Shown here piece by piece: positions 53,701 through 62,120 of a DNA stretch of 64,000 nt. Position 1 is the first letter of the stretch. Each line of letters begins with the position of its first letter. Under the pieces are notes generated by a model. That model searched no databases, was not told the origin of the DNA, and worked only from the letters and a program-made list of their open reading frames with translations. Origin of the DNA: Phoronis australis. Taxonomy: Eukaryota > Animalia > Phoronida. The stretch lies in contig NMRA01000081.1 of NCBI GenBank assembly GCA_002633005.1, positions 561,625 to 625,624 on the forward strand, written 5' to 3'. The position numbers and the translations under genes were made by a program.

Positions 53701-53721
53701 TATTTGATATGAAAACCTCAT
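1..53721 (-). CDS. SVEP1: SVEP1/polydom-like multi-exon gene (sushi, VWA, EGF and pentraxin domain protein); 25 coding exons, 3' end runs off the window
   Basis: Manually chained exons with GT-AG ends and matching phases. Domain order VWA-GCC2-3 sushi-2 HYR-sushi-GCC2-6 EGF-pentraxin matches the N-terminal half of SVEP1. Strict orthology is not proven. Confidence 0.88.
289..529. mobile_element. About 240-bp MITE family (TIR consensus GTAAAATCTCACCAATTT); further copies near 45589-45832, 46141-46367, 46660-46910 and 53812-54110 (inverted)
   Basis: Shared GACACAA.ATGGCGGACAAGTGAAATTT interior and inverted ends AAATTGGCGAGATTTTAC. Confidence 0.7.
668..796 (-). CDS. SVEP1-like exon 24: EGF domain
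   Basis: [43 protein letters not shown]; 129 bp, phase 1-1. Confidence 0.9.
1524..2249 (-). CDS. SVEP1-like exon 23: five EGF domains + S/T-rich linker
   Basis: 726 bp, phase 1-1; five six-Cys EGF units, then [32 protein letters not shown]. Confidence 0.94.
3240..3467 (-). CDS. SVEP1-like exon 22: two EGF domains after the pentraxin
   Basis: [13 protein letters not shown]...[19 protein letters not shown]...GYT; 228 bp, phase 1-1. Confidence 0.92.
4710..4910 (-). CDS. SVEP1-like exon 21: pentraxin domain part 3
   Basis: [26 protein letters not shown]...GDVIAWSDF...SYCG; 201 bp, phase 1-1. Confidence 0.92.
5361..5408. repeat. (GTC)n(ATC)n microsatellite
   Basis: Direct inspection. Confidence 0.95.
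5568..5754 (-). CDS. SVEP1-like exon 20: pentraxin domain part 2
   Basis: LFVNGE...[18 protein letters not shown] (pentraxin HxCxS/TWxS signature); 187 bp, phase 0-1. Confidence 0.94.
5880..6463 (+). mobile_element. Penelope-like retroelement 3' fragment (GIY-YIG endonuclease, decayed)
   Basis: GIVYIH...[17 protein letters not shown], then SAVYRHL..NEHEF..IL....[11 protein letters not shown]....PLLNRQG: the PLE GIY-YIG pattern with stops and frameshifts. Confidence 0.8.
6591..6817 (-). CDS. SVEP1-like exon 19: pentraxin domain part 1
   Basis: LSPDFDMVF...[21 protein letters not shown]...[12 protein letters not shown]; 227 bp, phase 1-0. Confidence 0.92.
7713..7844 (-). CDS. SVEP1-like exon 18: EGF 6
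   Basis: [44 protein letters not shown]; 132 bp, phase 1-1. Confidence 0.93.
8481..8594 (-). CDS. SVEP1-like exon 17: EGF 5
   Basis: [38 protein letters not shown]; 114 bp, phase 1-1. Confidence 0.93.
8685..10964. mobile_element. Non-autonomous Tc1/mariner (Tc2/pogo-like) element, about 2.28 kb
   Basis: TA|CCGTAAACGTTCGGGTTAACGCCC...GGGCGTTAACCCGAACATTTACGG|TA (24-bp TIR with 1 mismatch, TA TSD); subterminal TTAA(C/G)CGCCCA arrays at both ends. Confidence 0.88.
11420..12230. repeat. About 410-bp diverged tandem duplication (HINE-like internal repeat)
   Basis: AAATGCAC(T/C)TAATGACCCCAT(G/A)GTTGCAA near 11574 and 11990; TGACCTTTG motifs. Confidence 0.65.
12686..12910 (-). CDS. SVEP1-like exon 16: EGF 3-4 (calcium-binding type)
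   Basis: [19 protein letters not shown]...[18 protein letters not shown]; 225 bp, phase 1-1. Confidence 0.94.
13375..14840. mobile_element. Possible CACT..AGTG (CMC/Chapaev-like) non-autonomous element
   Basis: CpG-rich block bounded by CACTTAGAAAAATT and AATCTTATTTAGTG; weak TIR and no matching TSD. Confidence 0.35.
15058..15279 (-). CDS. SVEP1-like exon 15: EGF 1-2 (not in the ORF track)
   Basis: [19 protein letters not shown]...[35 protein letters not shown]; 222 bp, phase 1-1. Confidence 0.94.
15440..15604 (-). CDS. SVEP1-like exon 14: GCC2 repeat
   Basis: [37 protein letters not shown]; 165 bp, phase 1-1. Confidence 0.93.
15702..15706. other. Assembly gap (N x5) next to a poly-A/poly-C tract
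   Basis: nnnnn in the sequence. Confidence 0.99.
15894..16055 (-). CDS. SVEP1-like exon 13: GCC2 repeat
   Basis: [37 protein letters not shown]; 162 bp, phase 1-1. Confidence 0.93.
16912..18943 (+). pseudogene. KolX pseudogene (P2X7 C-terminal 'ballast'-like domain), 2 exons about 16912-17198 and 18538-18943
   Basis: Acidic N-terminus, then RLDVSDW|CTCGNC...ERVCC...[36 protein letters not shown]...FQGF. Phase-2 GT-AG intron; two in-frame stops in exon 2. Confidence 0.88.
19497..19626. mobile_element. Small Tc1/mariner (Tigger-like) MITE
   Basis: TA|CAGCCGAACTCTCTAAATTGG...CCAACTTAGCGAGTTCTACTG|TA. Confidence 0.7.
20043..20175. mobile_element. CAGGGGCGGATCC-type MITE nested in the Kolobok element
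   Basis: ATTTC|CTGGGGCGGATCCAG...CTAAATCTGCCACTG|GTTTC (5-bp TSD with one mismatch). Confidence 0.7.
20313..20578 (-). pseudogene. C-terminal exon of the Kolobok transposase
   Basis: tttcag acceptor, then [13 protein letters not shown]...[23 protein letters not shown], resembling Kolobok transposase C-termini from memory. No DDE core lies between it and the THAP exon. Confidence 0.55.
20973..21225 (-). pseudogene. THAP zinc-finger exon of the Kolobok transposase (disrupted)
   Basis: Cys cluster near 21200, FKF motif, [10 protein letters not shown] (THAP CxxHF) at 21017-21046, donor AAG|GTAAGT; frameshifts and stops. Confidence 0.78.
21877..22032 (-). CDS. SVEP1-like exon 12: GCC2/ephrin-receptor-like repeat
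   Basis: atttcag|..[34 protein letters not shown]...FCI; 156 bp. The phase-1 acceptor at 22032 fits exon 11. Confidence 0.9.
22940..23245. repeat. Degenerate about 63-66-bp tandem repeat (4-5 copies)
   Basis: Recurrent CAAATTCTTGTAATC..GTCGA.GGCAC.AATGGTTGACCA.AGTGGC. Confidence 0.7.
23291..23703 (-). CDS. SVEP1-like exon 11: RRRRR/S furin-type site, S/T-rich insert, linker
   Basis: ttccag|G TGT GGC: [14 protein letters not shown]...[16 protein letters not shown]; 413 bp, phase 2-1. Confidence 0.87.
23720..24410. repeat. About 33-bp minisatellite split by a LINE tail
   Basis: Unit approx. CATATCACAGTTATTCATTCACTTATTACGTGG at 23720-23775 and 24127-24410. Confidence 0.85.
23776..24122 (+). 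mobile_element. 5'-truncated CR1/L2-type LINE tail inserted in a minisatellite
   Basis: [29 protein letters not shown] resembles the ORF2 C-terminus (YRGA.LWN.LP...FK); AT-rich 3'UTR ending in (AAAT)n. Confidence 0.68.
24526..25192. mobile_element. TIR-bounded non-autonomous element, superfamily unclear
   Basis: Inverted ends CCGAAGCTTCGATGTT / AACACCGAAGCTTCGG; TSD not resolved. Confidence 0.55.
25581..25803. repeat. 57-bp minisatellite (about 3.9 copies) spanning the exon-10 donor
   Basis: CATAACCAG recurs at 25584, 25641, 25698 and 25755. Confidence 0.95.
25778..25976 (-). CDS. SVEP1-like exon 10: linker N-terminal to the furin-type site
   Basis: [22 protein letters not shown]...[11 protein letters not shown]; 199 bp, phase 1-2; donor CG|GTAGGT matches the phase-2 acceptor of exon 11. 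Confidence 0.85.
26450..27352. repeat. About 41-43-bp minisatellite (about 21 copies)
   Basis: Unit approx. CATTGCCCAAAATCAGTGAATATAGTGAAAAAGGATACCTCT. Confidence 0.92.
28042..28248 (-). CDS. SVEP1-like exon 9: sushi/CCP 4
   Basis: [12 protein letters not shown]...[11 protein letters not shown]...YFCTANGEW...WPHCT; 207 bp, phase 1-1. Confidence 0.92.
28573..30633. mobile_element. Helentron/HINE (DINE-like) non-autonomous element with internal tandem repeats
   Basis: ACAAGAGC end with subterminal TTTGTGCCCAC inverted to GTGGGCGCATAA at the other end; GACG microsatellite and terminal hairpin; repeated CCAAATTTCAT/CCACTAG units; no TSD. Confidence 0.72.
31170..31403 (-). CDS. SVEP1-like exon 8: HYR domain 2
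   Basis: EHCP...[12 protein letters not shown]...[16 protein letters not shown]...CRFSVNVR; 234 bp, phase 1-1. Confidence 0.92.
31443..31533. repeat. 45-bp direct duplication next to the exon-8 acceptor
   Basis: TTAACATCAACAGAACCAAACAGTATTACAGT(C/T)AGTATAGACACA x2. Confidence 0.88.
32623..35378. mobile_element. Non-autonomous Kolobok-type DNA transposon (about 2.76 kb)
   Basis: TTAA|AGACCTGATTGCA...TGCGACCAGGTCT|TTAA: TTAA TSD and AG..CT TIRs. It splits a repeat unit of the surrounding HINE-like element; no transposase ORF. Confidence 0.82.
34010..34225. mobile_element. CA..TG MITE with 5-bp TSD (hAT5-like), nested in the Kolobok-type element
   Basis: TGTTG|CATGCGCGCACCCA...TGGGTGCGTGCATG|TGTTG. 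Confidence 0.85.
36204..36449 (-). CDS. SVEP1-like exon 7: HYR domain 1
   Basis: [10 protein letters not shown]...VSDNSG...[28 protein letters not shown]; 246 bp, phase 1-1. Confidence 0.93.
36814..37002 (-). CDS. SVEP1-like exon 6: sushi/CCP 3
   Basis: EIRCLPLP...[33 protein letters not shown]; 189 bp; donor G|GTTGGT. Confidence 0.92.
37403..37527. repeat. 51-bp tandem repeat (about 2.5 copies)
   Basis: TAGCATTGTATGAGAATGGATAACATCACATCTCTGTCTGTATCCATTTGC at 37403, 37454 and partially at 37505. Confidence 0.9.
38309..38500 (-). CDS. SVEP1-like exon 5: sushi/CCP 2
   Basis: IDCKRL...[31 protein letters not shown]; 192 bp, phase 1-1. Confidence 0.93.
38711..38753. repeat. (TTA)n microsatellite
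   Basis: Direct inspection. Confidence 0.95.
39041..39295. repeat. 41-bp minisatellite (about 6 copies)
   Basis: TTACTAAGATTCATCAGTTAGTCTCAATAGCTCTATATATA. Confidence 0.92.
39482..39700 (-). CDS. SVEP1-like exon 4: sushi/CCP 1
   Basis: [12 protein letters not shown]...[33 protein letters not shown]; 219 bp, phase 1-1. Confidence 0.93.
39955..40110 (-). CDS. SVEP1-like exon 3: GCC2/ephrin-receptor-like Cys repeat
   Basis: [25 protein letters not shown]...ECRCFP; 156 bp, GT-AG, phase 1-1. Confidence 0.93.
41516..41870 (+). mobile_element. Diverged fragment related to the interior of the 8685-10964 element
   Basis: Colinear similarity to about 8925-9285 (GATGA..ACAATGAGCGCAA, GCAATGTGAATTA, TTGTCACTTTATTTTCTTC, CAGTGCACTAGA, AGAGAAATG.GAC). 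Confidence 0.65.
42415..42485 (+). mobile_element. Possible tRNA-derived SINE head
   Basis: A-box-like GCGGCATAGTGTG and B-box-like GGTTTCAAGTCCC at tRNA-like spacing; no full cloverleaf. Confidence 0.35.
43327..43476 (-). CDS. SVEP1-like exon 2: Cys-rich/EGF-like segment after VWA (not in the ORF track)
   Basis: ttgcag|..[50 protein letters not shown]|gtaagt; 150 bp, phase 1-1. Confidence 0.92.
47630..47872. repeat. Two adjacent minisatellites (19-bp x3; about 24-bp x5)
   Basis: CGGTACCCCAAACAAGGCA and CTGAG(A/G)GCTATTGGTCA(G/T)GGACACA units. Confidence 0.85.
47905..48215 (+). mobile_element. CR1/L2-type LINE ORF2 C-terminal remnant
   Basis: Fragments LTLF*NIVN...HLAYHI...LKRSF / TIGRWNEL...VSAP / AFRNR match SFFPRTI..WN.LP...FK; frameshifted. 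Confidence 0.55.
48873..49012. mobile_element. CAGGGGC(A/G)GATCC-type MITE with 5-bp TSD
   Basis: TTTCT|CAGGGGCAGATCCA...TGGATCCGCTAATG|TTTCT. Confidence 0.8.
49140..49405. mobile_element. CA..TG MITE with 5-bp TSD, same family as 34010 in the opposite orientation
   Basis: ATACT|CATGCGCGCAGCCA...TGGGTGCGCACATG|ATACT; shares TTTGGCGAA..GGCAAAAAGGTCC with 34010. Confidence 0.85.
53019..53721 (-). CDS. SVEP1-like coding exon 1: signal peptide + VWA domain
   Basis: [19 protein letters not shown] signal; [13 protein letters not shown] (DxSxS), TAT and LTDG MIDAS residues. Acceptor at 53746 lies upstream of the ATG; donor G|GTGAGT, phase 1. Confidence 0.95.
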
Positions 53722-55675
53722 TTTTCCTTATCAGGTCGACACGTGCCTAAAAAGAAATGAACAAACATTGAACATGATCACAAGCTGCAACATCAGGGCT
53801 CAGGGATTAATTTTACATCAGAAATTAAATTATTTTCAACATTTTATGTTCTACTTTTGGTGAAAACTCAACATTAGTGTATATTAGGCTAGAAAATTCT
53901 TTAATTTGTAACAAAAATAATTTCTAAAAATATGTATTTTCATTTTAAGAGGCTTGTCATTTTGTTGCAAATGCTCAAAAGTTTGTTAATAGTTACGCCA
54001 TGGATACAAACCATGCTAAAAGCAAAGTAAATTTTACTGAAGATTTTGAGAAATTTAAAAATGAAATTTCACTTTTCTACCATATTGGAACTCTATCAGA
54101 AGAATTACTGTGAACGTTCAAACGTACACTTTGTCTTACGTGGATGACTCAAACCTGAGTTTGCATTTGATGACCACAGCGTTATAGCCATGAAGTCGAG
54201 TCCGATATCTAAATCTGGAGTTGTAGCTTGAATTTTTTTAAGTTTCTACTCGAGTCTGTAGCTCAAATCTAGCACCATCAAGTCCACACTAAACTTCATA
54301 AACCACAATGTACTTGAGCACAGAGTAATTTTGATTTAGTATTAAAGAAGAAGAAAGATGTCTTGAGTTCAATTTTGACTACAAAGATTAGAACTCCTCC
54401 CCCTCGCCTAGAATAAACAACATACTAGGTAAGTAAACACCATTAAAGTTTTAAAACAAATGCTTTCAAAGACTTGACATGGCAGCTTGAAAACACTTGG
54501 TTGTTATGATTAAGTTGTACAGAATTTCCAGACAAAATTGATAAAACCTCTTCTTTCCAAAATTGACAAAATTTTGGAGCAAACAACCTCAGCAGATTTA
54601 CAAATACCCTGGTCTCATGTTATACTTCTCTTCCGCATTTCTTCACATTTTCCACAAACGGCCTTTTCGCGACAGTGAGACTGCTGACGATAACACCAAC
54701 AATGACAATACTGCAATCACCAATGCCACAATGTCGTTGACGATAATGACACTGCCAAAATGGCAATAAAGTCACCACAATGCTGCCACCACAGTACAGG
54801 TATGCGTACGACTTACATTGAGATAGGTCAAAACTGAAAGACTTTTTGCTCCAATGTACAATTAATTTGAAAAGTGTAAATTAACACAAGTTTGTCCTTA
54901 CTAACTTCACCAACTTGTTTGTTTTTATCACTGACTAAAGGCAGTCTTGACTATCAATTCACCATGGATGGACCTCTTCCAGCCTCAAGCTAAATGCTAT
55001 CAACAGCACAAGTGTGAAATCACCACATCTGTACTCAGACATCATCCACATGGTCATGGGTGGGTGGACCAAACCACAAAAAATCAAGGCAAGGAAATTA
55101 AATTATATCTCAAAATGCGAGACCATTTGGACAAAAGCTTCCGCTCATTTTGCAGATAGAAAATAAAAAGCAGCTCCCTTAAATTCCTGAATGACTGAGT
55201 CAGTGCTAAAATAAACATTCACTCACTTGTTTTCCACACAGACACTGGCAAGCAGCCTTTGAGAATGTGTATACTAAACACACCACATTGCATAAAACAA
55301 GAATTTAAGTAGACAATAACTGAAATTTATACAGAGGCACTTAAGCAAATTAAAAAATAGATACGCATTCACTTGGCACAAAATTTCATGAAATTTCATG
55401 CTGGAATTTTGGAGAAATTTCTCGGTGGCCAAAAGAAATGAAGCATTTTTGAAACCAGGTTTTCAAAAAGGCCTCCCGTAGGATCTTTTTAGAAAATGAT
55501 CATCAAGTATCCCCGCTTCAACTGATTTTCTTATTTTTTATCATTGTAATGTTAATGTGTTTATCTGCTTTAATTTTACGATCTTGAAGGATTTCAGATC
55601 CACTATCACTATTCAACATATGCTTTTAGCATGTGTACAGATATTTATGTAGTCTAGAAGACGGGATATAGAAGA

Positions 55676-55737
55676 AATCTTGTCAAGAACGTCCTACACC
55701 ATATTAAATTATTGTGTAGGACGTTCTTGACAAGATT
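55676..55737. repeat. Perfect 24-bp inverted repeat with 14-nt loop
   Basis: AATCTTGTCAAGAACGTCCTACAC-N14-GTGTAGGACGTTCTTGACAAGATT. Confidence 0.95.
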
Positions 55738-58700
55738 GCATTAAGCCAAACATGTACATAACAGTAGATTTCAACTCAGTAAAAGTATATATTTTATGTA
55801 AGTAGAAAGTCAGAAGAATTTGATTTTTGACTTTTTACCAATCTGACATAAATTGGGTCATGTAACGTGTCTTTTCAGTAATTTAGCAAAAAAGTAAGGA
55901 ACATTAATAGCCAATCTATGGTATGAATGCAATCAAATTTTATTCGATTAAATGTTCAACATGAGATCTCAAACATGCTGTTACAGTTTTCTAAAATATT
56001 CTGTTTTATGAAACTTAATTTTTTTATTAAAATCATTAAAATCCTATTTTTAATAGCCCCGTGTGCAAAAAATGGTTAAAAACAATCGCCAGCAGCATTT
56101 TGGAGAACAACACATGAAGCATTACCTGAAAGTTTCATGTGACAGCGATCAGCTATTTCTGAGATATGATGTTCCAAAGTTAATCAGATTGGACTGGGAT
56201 CCAACATAACCTAAACTCATGACAGGACACAGACTGACACAGGCTGGGCAGACTGGTGTCATCAACCTAACAGGCCAACTGAACAGCTGTGGTCAAACAG
56301 AGCAGTGTCAACAATAACTCCTTTTGCATGCAGATGGTGGGGATTCTTCAACCAGTTAGAAGACCTTGTAGGTAACACCATTTTGTCTTGTAAAGCAGTG
56401 CTTGAGCAATGAAATCATAGTGAGTGAAAATTAAGTTATGTCAACCAATAATATAAACAGTTTGGGTTACTTGCACAAATTAACAGCATTTCGCACTCCG
56501 TAAGTTGCAGGTAAAACGAATCGAAAAGAACAACTGACTTGTAAAACATAAATGGTAGTAAGTTTTGCTTTTTGTTCATTTGAATTTGAAGTAAGTAAAA
56601 GATCATCTCCACTCAAAGACAAACCTTTAATAGGATAGGTCATCATCAAACTTAACGAGGCCAATGGCTAAGAAGCTGTCCATAAAATGTTCTTTTGTTT
56701 TCTGTCATCCTTAACCCTCATTCTTCAGATATGGGTTTTAAAATCAGTGGGTAAAATACTTCACTGAACTTAAATCCTATAATAAGCCTCTTATGGTGGG
56801 CTGCCCATGTTTGATGGTTGATTACAAAAGTCAACACAGTACAGAAAACTGAACGATTGTTCATTTGATCAATCACTCCAGTCAACAGAATGGTTGTTTC
56901 TTTAAGTACTCTTTGAAATTCATCACGTATAAAAATCATAAGGCTTTCAAGCACAACTGATCATTTTGATAATGTTCAATTTCATCTTATTGAGAAAGGA
57001 TCAGTCAAGGCATGTAATTCATAGACTCAAGACACTAGCCCTGTACTTGAGGCTAGAAATCTTTGCTGACAGAAAGGAAACCGTGAATTCTGTCCCATAA
57101 TTCAACATCCTAACTTCACCGACCAATCAATCACTTCAGTGGCCGGCATTTTCCTAGGGTGCACTAGCAAGCTCTAGAGCGTACTAGCCTTTTCCTAAAA
57201 AGATTTTACATGATTTCGTTTTTTAATAGAGACACTTGCATTTAAGCAATACACCTCCACATTATGGTCTGTATTTAAAAATTAAAAAACTTTTGTCTGT
57301 ACAGTTTGCAATGGACTTTAAACTGTTAACACTTGGTTCCAGCACTAACTGCCTTGCACACCCTTTATTTTCAAGATCTTAGTTCACCTGTGGGGAAATG
57401 TGCCTGTACCTTCTGAAAGTGGAATATTTTGGTTGAGTTGAAAATTCTCCCATCCCCCAGTCACGGCCAATTCCAACTCTCCCCACCCCCTCAAACCATT
57501 GGCATCCTTCATCAGCAATGCCTCAAGTAGTCAAAATTGACATTTAACAGAGATTTTAACCTTGATTTTTTAATCATTGGTAGGAAATTTTGGTAATGAT
57601 GAGGATAATTTTGTGTGATTTTTAAATATTATTCATAGGGAAATGGAGCCGATATTCCAGGGATCTGATTTTGCCACTTCAGCGTTTGAAGAAACTATAT
57701 TCAAAAACAGTTCAAAACATTTTCAGAATTGTTTTGCTAATTTGATCTCCTCTAAGCTGGAATCTCAATGAAATACAATCTTCTATTTTTCCAGATCCTG
57801 TCTTCTAGACTACTCTGTCTAGTAGACACCTTTTTTCACACTGCATGTAAAGCCTGGCAATGATGACCTATGTAGAGGTTGCCATTCATATACAATAGAG
57901 GAAAGGTCCATCGGTGGGGTTGATGATCGAGTCTGTCGTGACACCAACATGCATAGCTAACACAGGATAAGACAACTGGGTAAAAGAAATGGAGGACAAA
58001 CTCCTAATCAAATTCCATATATTACACATTGTCCAAGAGAACGCCTGGTGATAAAAACGCTAATTGCTGTCTTTTTATTGTATGCTGTGCCAAACAGTTG
58101 AAAACTAATGTCTAGTTAAAGCCCCTCGAAACCCTACCTTCTTCTTACTGTACACAAGGCTCTACTTAGTAGAGATGCATGAGCATGGTCAATAGCAACA
58201 ACAAATTCTCAGTTCTTTGCAAGACCAAAATCACTTCTCATCTGAGTAAGGAACAACTTGAGACCAATTTAACAGTCTAAATCAAAAGTTATTTTCGTAA
58301 TTTTAACAGGTTCAAAGCCGCTTTGATTTTTAAAAATTAAACAGTAGGAGGTAACAAAAGTAGAATCTGAAGTTTACTGTTGCATGTAAAAACATTAATT
58401 GAAGCTGGTGTAGGCAGTTCAAGACAAACTAGCCAGTGACAAGGAGAAGATAAAAGTAAATAGGACTAATAAACAAGGGTCAGTGGTCGCCAGGAGATAC
58501 CACAAAGGTCACTAGTTCATATCAGACTTGAAACTGAACTCAAGGACTGATGAACAATTGAGGAAAATCTGTAGCACTTTGTAATTAGGAAGCACAGTCT
58601 TAAGTGTTATCATTTTTTTCACAAGAAATTATGCTGATAAACTGGAAATGAATAATAAAGATTACAAAACTTATTGTTCAAGGCAAAACATTGTTTCTAA

Positions 58701-60544
58701 TAGGAAAATGTCCAAATTTGGCAATCTTTGGAATGTCAATATAGCTCTGAAATGGCCAACCAGATTTATTTCAAACTTTCACATTCTATGTTTTACACAG
58801 TGTTCTCTAAAACGCTGTTCAAAATGGCATTTAAACTTTTACATGCGGGGCTATCAGAAAATAGGACTTTCATGATTTAATGAAAAAGTTGCATAAAATG
58901 AAAACAAAATGTTTTCAACAACTTTAACAGCACTTTTGAGATTTCATCTTGAACATTTATGTTAATAAATTTGGTCATGTGATTGATACAATAGTTTTGC
59001 AATAGGTGTACCCAAGTAACAACAGTTTGGTATTAAATTAAAATCTAAAGGTTTACTACTTTCACTTTTATGGTGTTGTAAACATTTTGCTAAATTCATA
59101 GACTTGTCAATAAGGTCTTACATAACTTTGTGCTGTAAGAACAACAAAATCATCTTTCCATTTGACGCTATTTCTAACTCTGGTGTGCAAGAACAGGGCC
59201 CAAGTTAACAGGGATGAACAGGAATTTCTTGTTGGACATTTTTGTGAAAGTCATACGACTATCCCACCATGATACAATAGCAATACTTTGATAGCAGGAT
59301 GGTGGCAAAGAATTTGTAAAAAATGCTGGAAAATCCCATTGCATTCGATCCCCATAAGAATTCAGGGCAGTGTCCACCAATTGCAGGACAATGTCCACCA
59401 TTTGGTTTATTGCCACTTAGGGACAATGCCTGTTTCGTCATAGGGCTGCTATAAGTCAAAATCACTATTATATTAGCATGAGTGTACGTATTTGTAAGCT
59501 TTTCATCTCAGTATTTTGATTGATCGTATAAAAATCTAACTGAATTTTGCAAAGACTTGGTTATCGTACATAATTTGAAGAAAAAACGTCATGAGCTTTT
59601 GGACGATGTCTATCGACCAATACAAAGAACCATGATTTTTACAAATATAATTTATAAGACAATTCGCTTGGTTTAAAAGAAATGTTACATCCCCACACTA
59701 TATTTCCTACAATTCCTCAAAAGCATTCATCTGAATTATGTAGATGTGACCAAAAACTAGGACACTTATTTTCAGTTAAGGTGACAAAACTCAATCGACA
59801 ATTTTTTTTCAAAGAAAAAAATCCACTAATTTTGTGGACCAACAATTCAGTTAAAAACAATGTCTGGCACAACAGAAGTTCAAAGAGATGGTTCCTGATT
59901 TTGATTTCACCAGACAATCACTGAATACTGCCAGTCAGTTAGTGAATGAAACAGAGCTAAAAAAACAAGGATCACCAATAAGGATCATTACTGAAATCAC
60001 ACAAAAACTACAGCACAGGGCTGTTTGATTGTGAGAGTTCTGAGGGTGTTGAAGTGTTTCAACAAATACTGGAATGGCAAATACTGGATTATTGAACAAA
60101 AATGGTAATTAAATAATTTTAATCATGTAATATTTTTAATTATAAATTTTAACATGGATCCACATAGACTGAAATATAAGTCCACAATTTTAATTAATGT
60201 TGAATCATTACAGTATAAAGTTAAACCGCAAAAACAAAGTAGGCCTAATCAAACAATTATGACGTAATTCAGTGAATTGTAACCAAGAAATGACACGTGT
60301 GAAGCAGGACGGTGTCCCACAACTGCACATGCTACAGAACAAAAACCCAAGCGCGGCGATTTCAAGCCTAGCGATGACCACTCCAGAGTAAGTCAATGAA
60401 AGAGTAATGATTATGAGATAACTAACGGCAGAAAGCCGCAGCGCTAACTGGCTTCATTTCAACAATGTCAGTCTGAGGATTTGGTCAACGTCGCTGTCCC
60501 AAATCCAAATCTTAATAAACAAGAGCAATCGTGTTTTACGATAC

Positions 60545-60765
60545 CTTGTCAGTTCAGTAGCATCTTTCGTAATGTCTTGTGAGACAAAATGGCCAACACC
60601 ACGCTCCAACGAGCAGACGGTTTGTTTGTTATCAAAACGTCCCGAGCGATTGTTGCCCCTATCTTATTTCAAAATGGCCGCGTAATTATCGTGAAGGACG
60701 ATTCCAAGTTTCCTCCCCAAAGGGGCCGAAGCTTACACACACCTGTATGATGGCTGACGTCAGAC
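60545..60765 (-). promoter_or_regulatory. Candidate promoter / non-coding first exon of the SVEP1-like gene
   Basis: Local CpG enrichment, two GGCCATTTTG YY1-like motifs (about 60585 and 60670), a TGACGTCA CRE palindrome at 60755-60762, and a minus-strand donor AAG|GTATCG at 60545. Coding exon 1 has an acceptor at 53746, so an upstream exon is required. Confidence 0.35.
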
Positions 60766-61854
60766 ATAAAAATCAGGACAGAGGACAAAAAGGTTATCGA
60801 GGTATCCAAAATATCCAAACATATACTTGCAAAACTTGGTCTAGGCAGGTACCCTGTCTGTAAATAAAACTCACAGAAAACTGTGTAAATTACTTTTTAC
60901 ATATTCCTACATTCCACGTAGCCACATGGCTGAGAATGCATCCGAAGCATAAGTACTACTTTCAAACAAGATTTTACTCAAATGGTTAGCGTGTAGGAGC
61001 ATGCGCAACTTCAAATATAGGCGTATGGACCTATCAATACGGGCATATTCGGCAGTGAAAAAATGAAAATTCGTGATAGATAAATCGTCACATATTGACC
61101 CAAGTTAGTAAATGCCCCGAAAGCATCCAGTTAATTGTCATCGGGGATTTTATCCACGAAGTCAAAACTTTTTGTTTGGTTTTGACGGTCCCGAAGTACT
61201 GCCGTTCCGGTGCAGCTGAATCACCATTTCGCAGGCTATTTTTATAAAATCTAATTAACGAACATTTCATTTCTGTGAAAATTTGTAAAAATGAAATGTA
61301 ACCTACATTGTATAGTAATATAAATGATATTTTTTAATAGTATATTTGCGTATGTAACAGTCTTGAGGATGCACATGCATGAACATGTGTAGGAACAAAA
61401 CTTTTCAAGTAACACGCTGACGTAATAATTGGAACTTTTTGTTGTAGTGTAGTTACAGTTATTGTATAATTGCTTACTTAAACTCAATTTTTGTGAAAGA
61501 GAAAGTCTAATAGTAGTCTATAGATGGCTCTGCCTGCCCACACACATGCCTTAGGATAACATAGACACATCGTGGATGGATGAGGTAGTCACGTATTTTC
61601 TCCAAAACCATTTTGTAAGGTCTGAGCCCAGTTTGCCACATGACCCTGGGCCATTCGGTTCTTTTCTGCACTTTCAAATAATTGGTTTTTAAATTTGTAG
61701 ACAATTTTCTTGTTTTGCAATAATTACGAAATGGATTTTGGTGTGGAAAAGATAATAATTGTTTTTTTTTCTCCGAGTCATATTTTTTCCGAAATACCAA
61801 TCTACGCGGAAATTATAAATGGCACCGAGACAAGCAGATTACTCAGCTGCTTGC

Positions 61855-62120
61855 TTTGTTGTATTAGTCGTCTTCTTTGTTGTATTGGTCGTCTTCTTCT
61901 TGGAATCATTAATTATTGTATTGGTCGTCTTCTTTTTGGAATCATTAATTGTTGTATTGGTCGTCTTCTTTGTTGTATTGGTCGTCTTCTTCTTGGAATC
62001 ATTAATTGTTGTATTGGTCGTCTTCTTTGTTGTATTGGTCGTCTTCTTCTTGGAATCATTAATTGTTGTATTGGTCGTCTTCTTTTTTGTATTGGTCGTC
62101 TTCTTCTTGGTATCATTAAA
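61855..62120. repeat. Compound 21/36-bp (57-bp higher-order) minisatellite
   Basis: TTGTTGTATTGGTCGTCTTCT with or without TCTTGGAATCATTAA; all unit lengths are multiples of 3. Confidence 0.92.
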
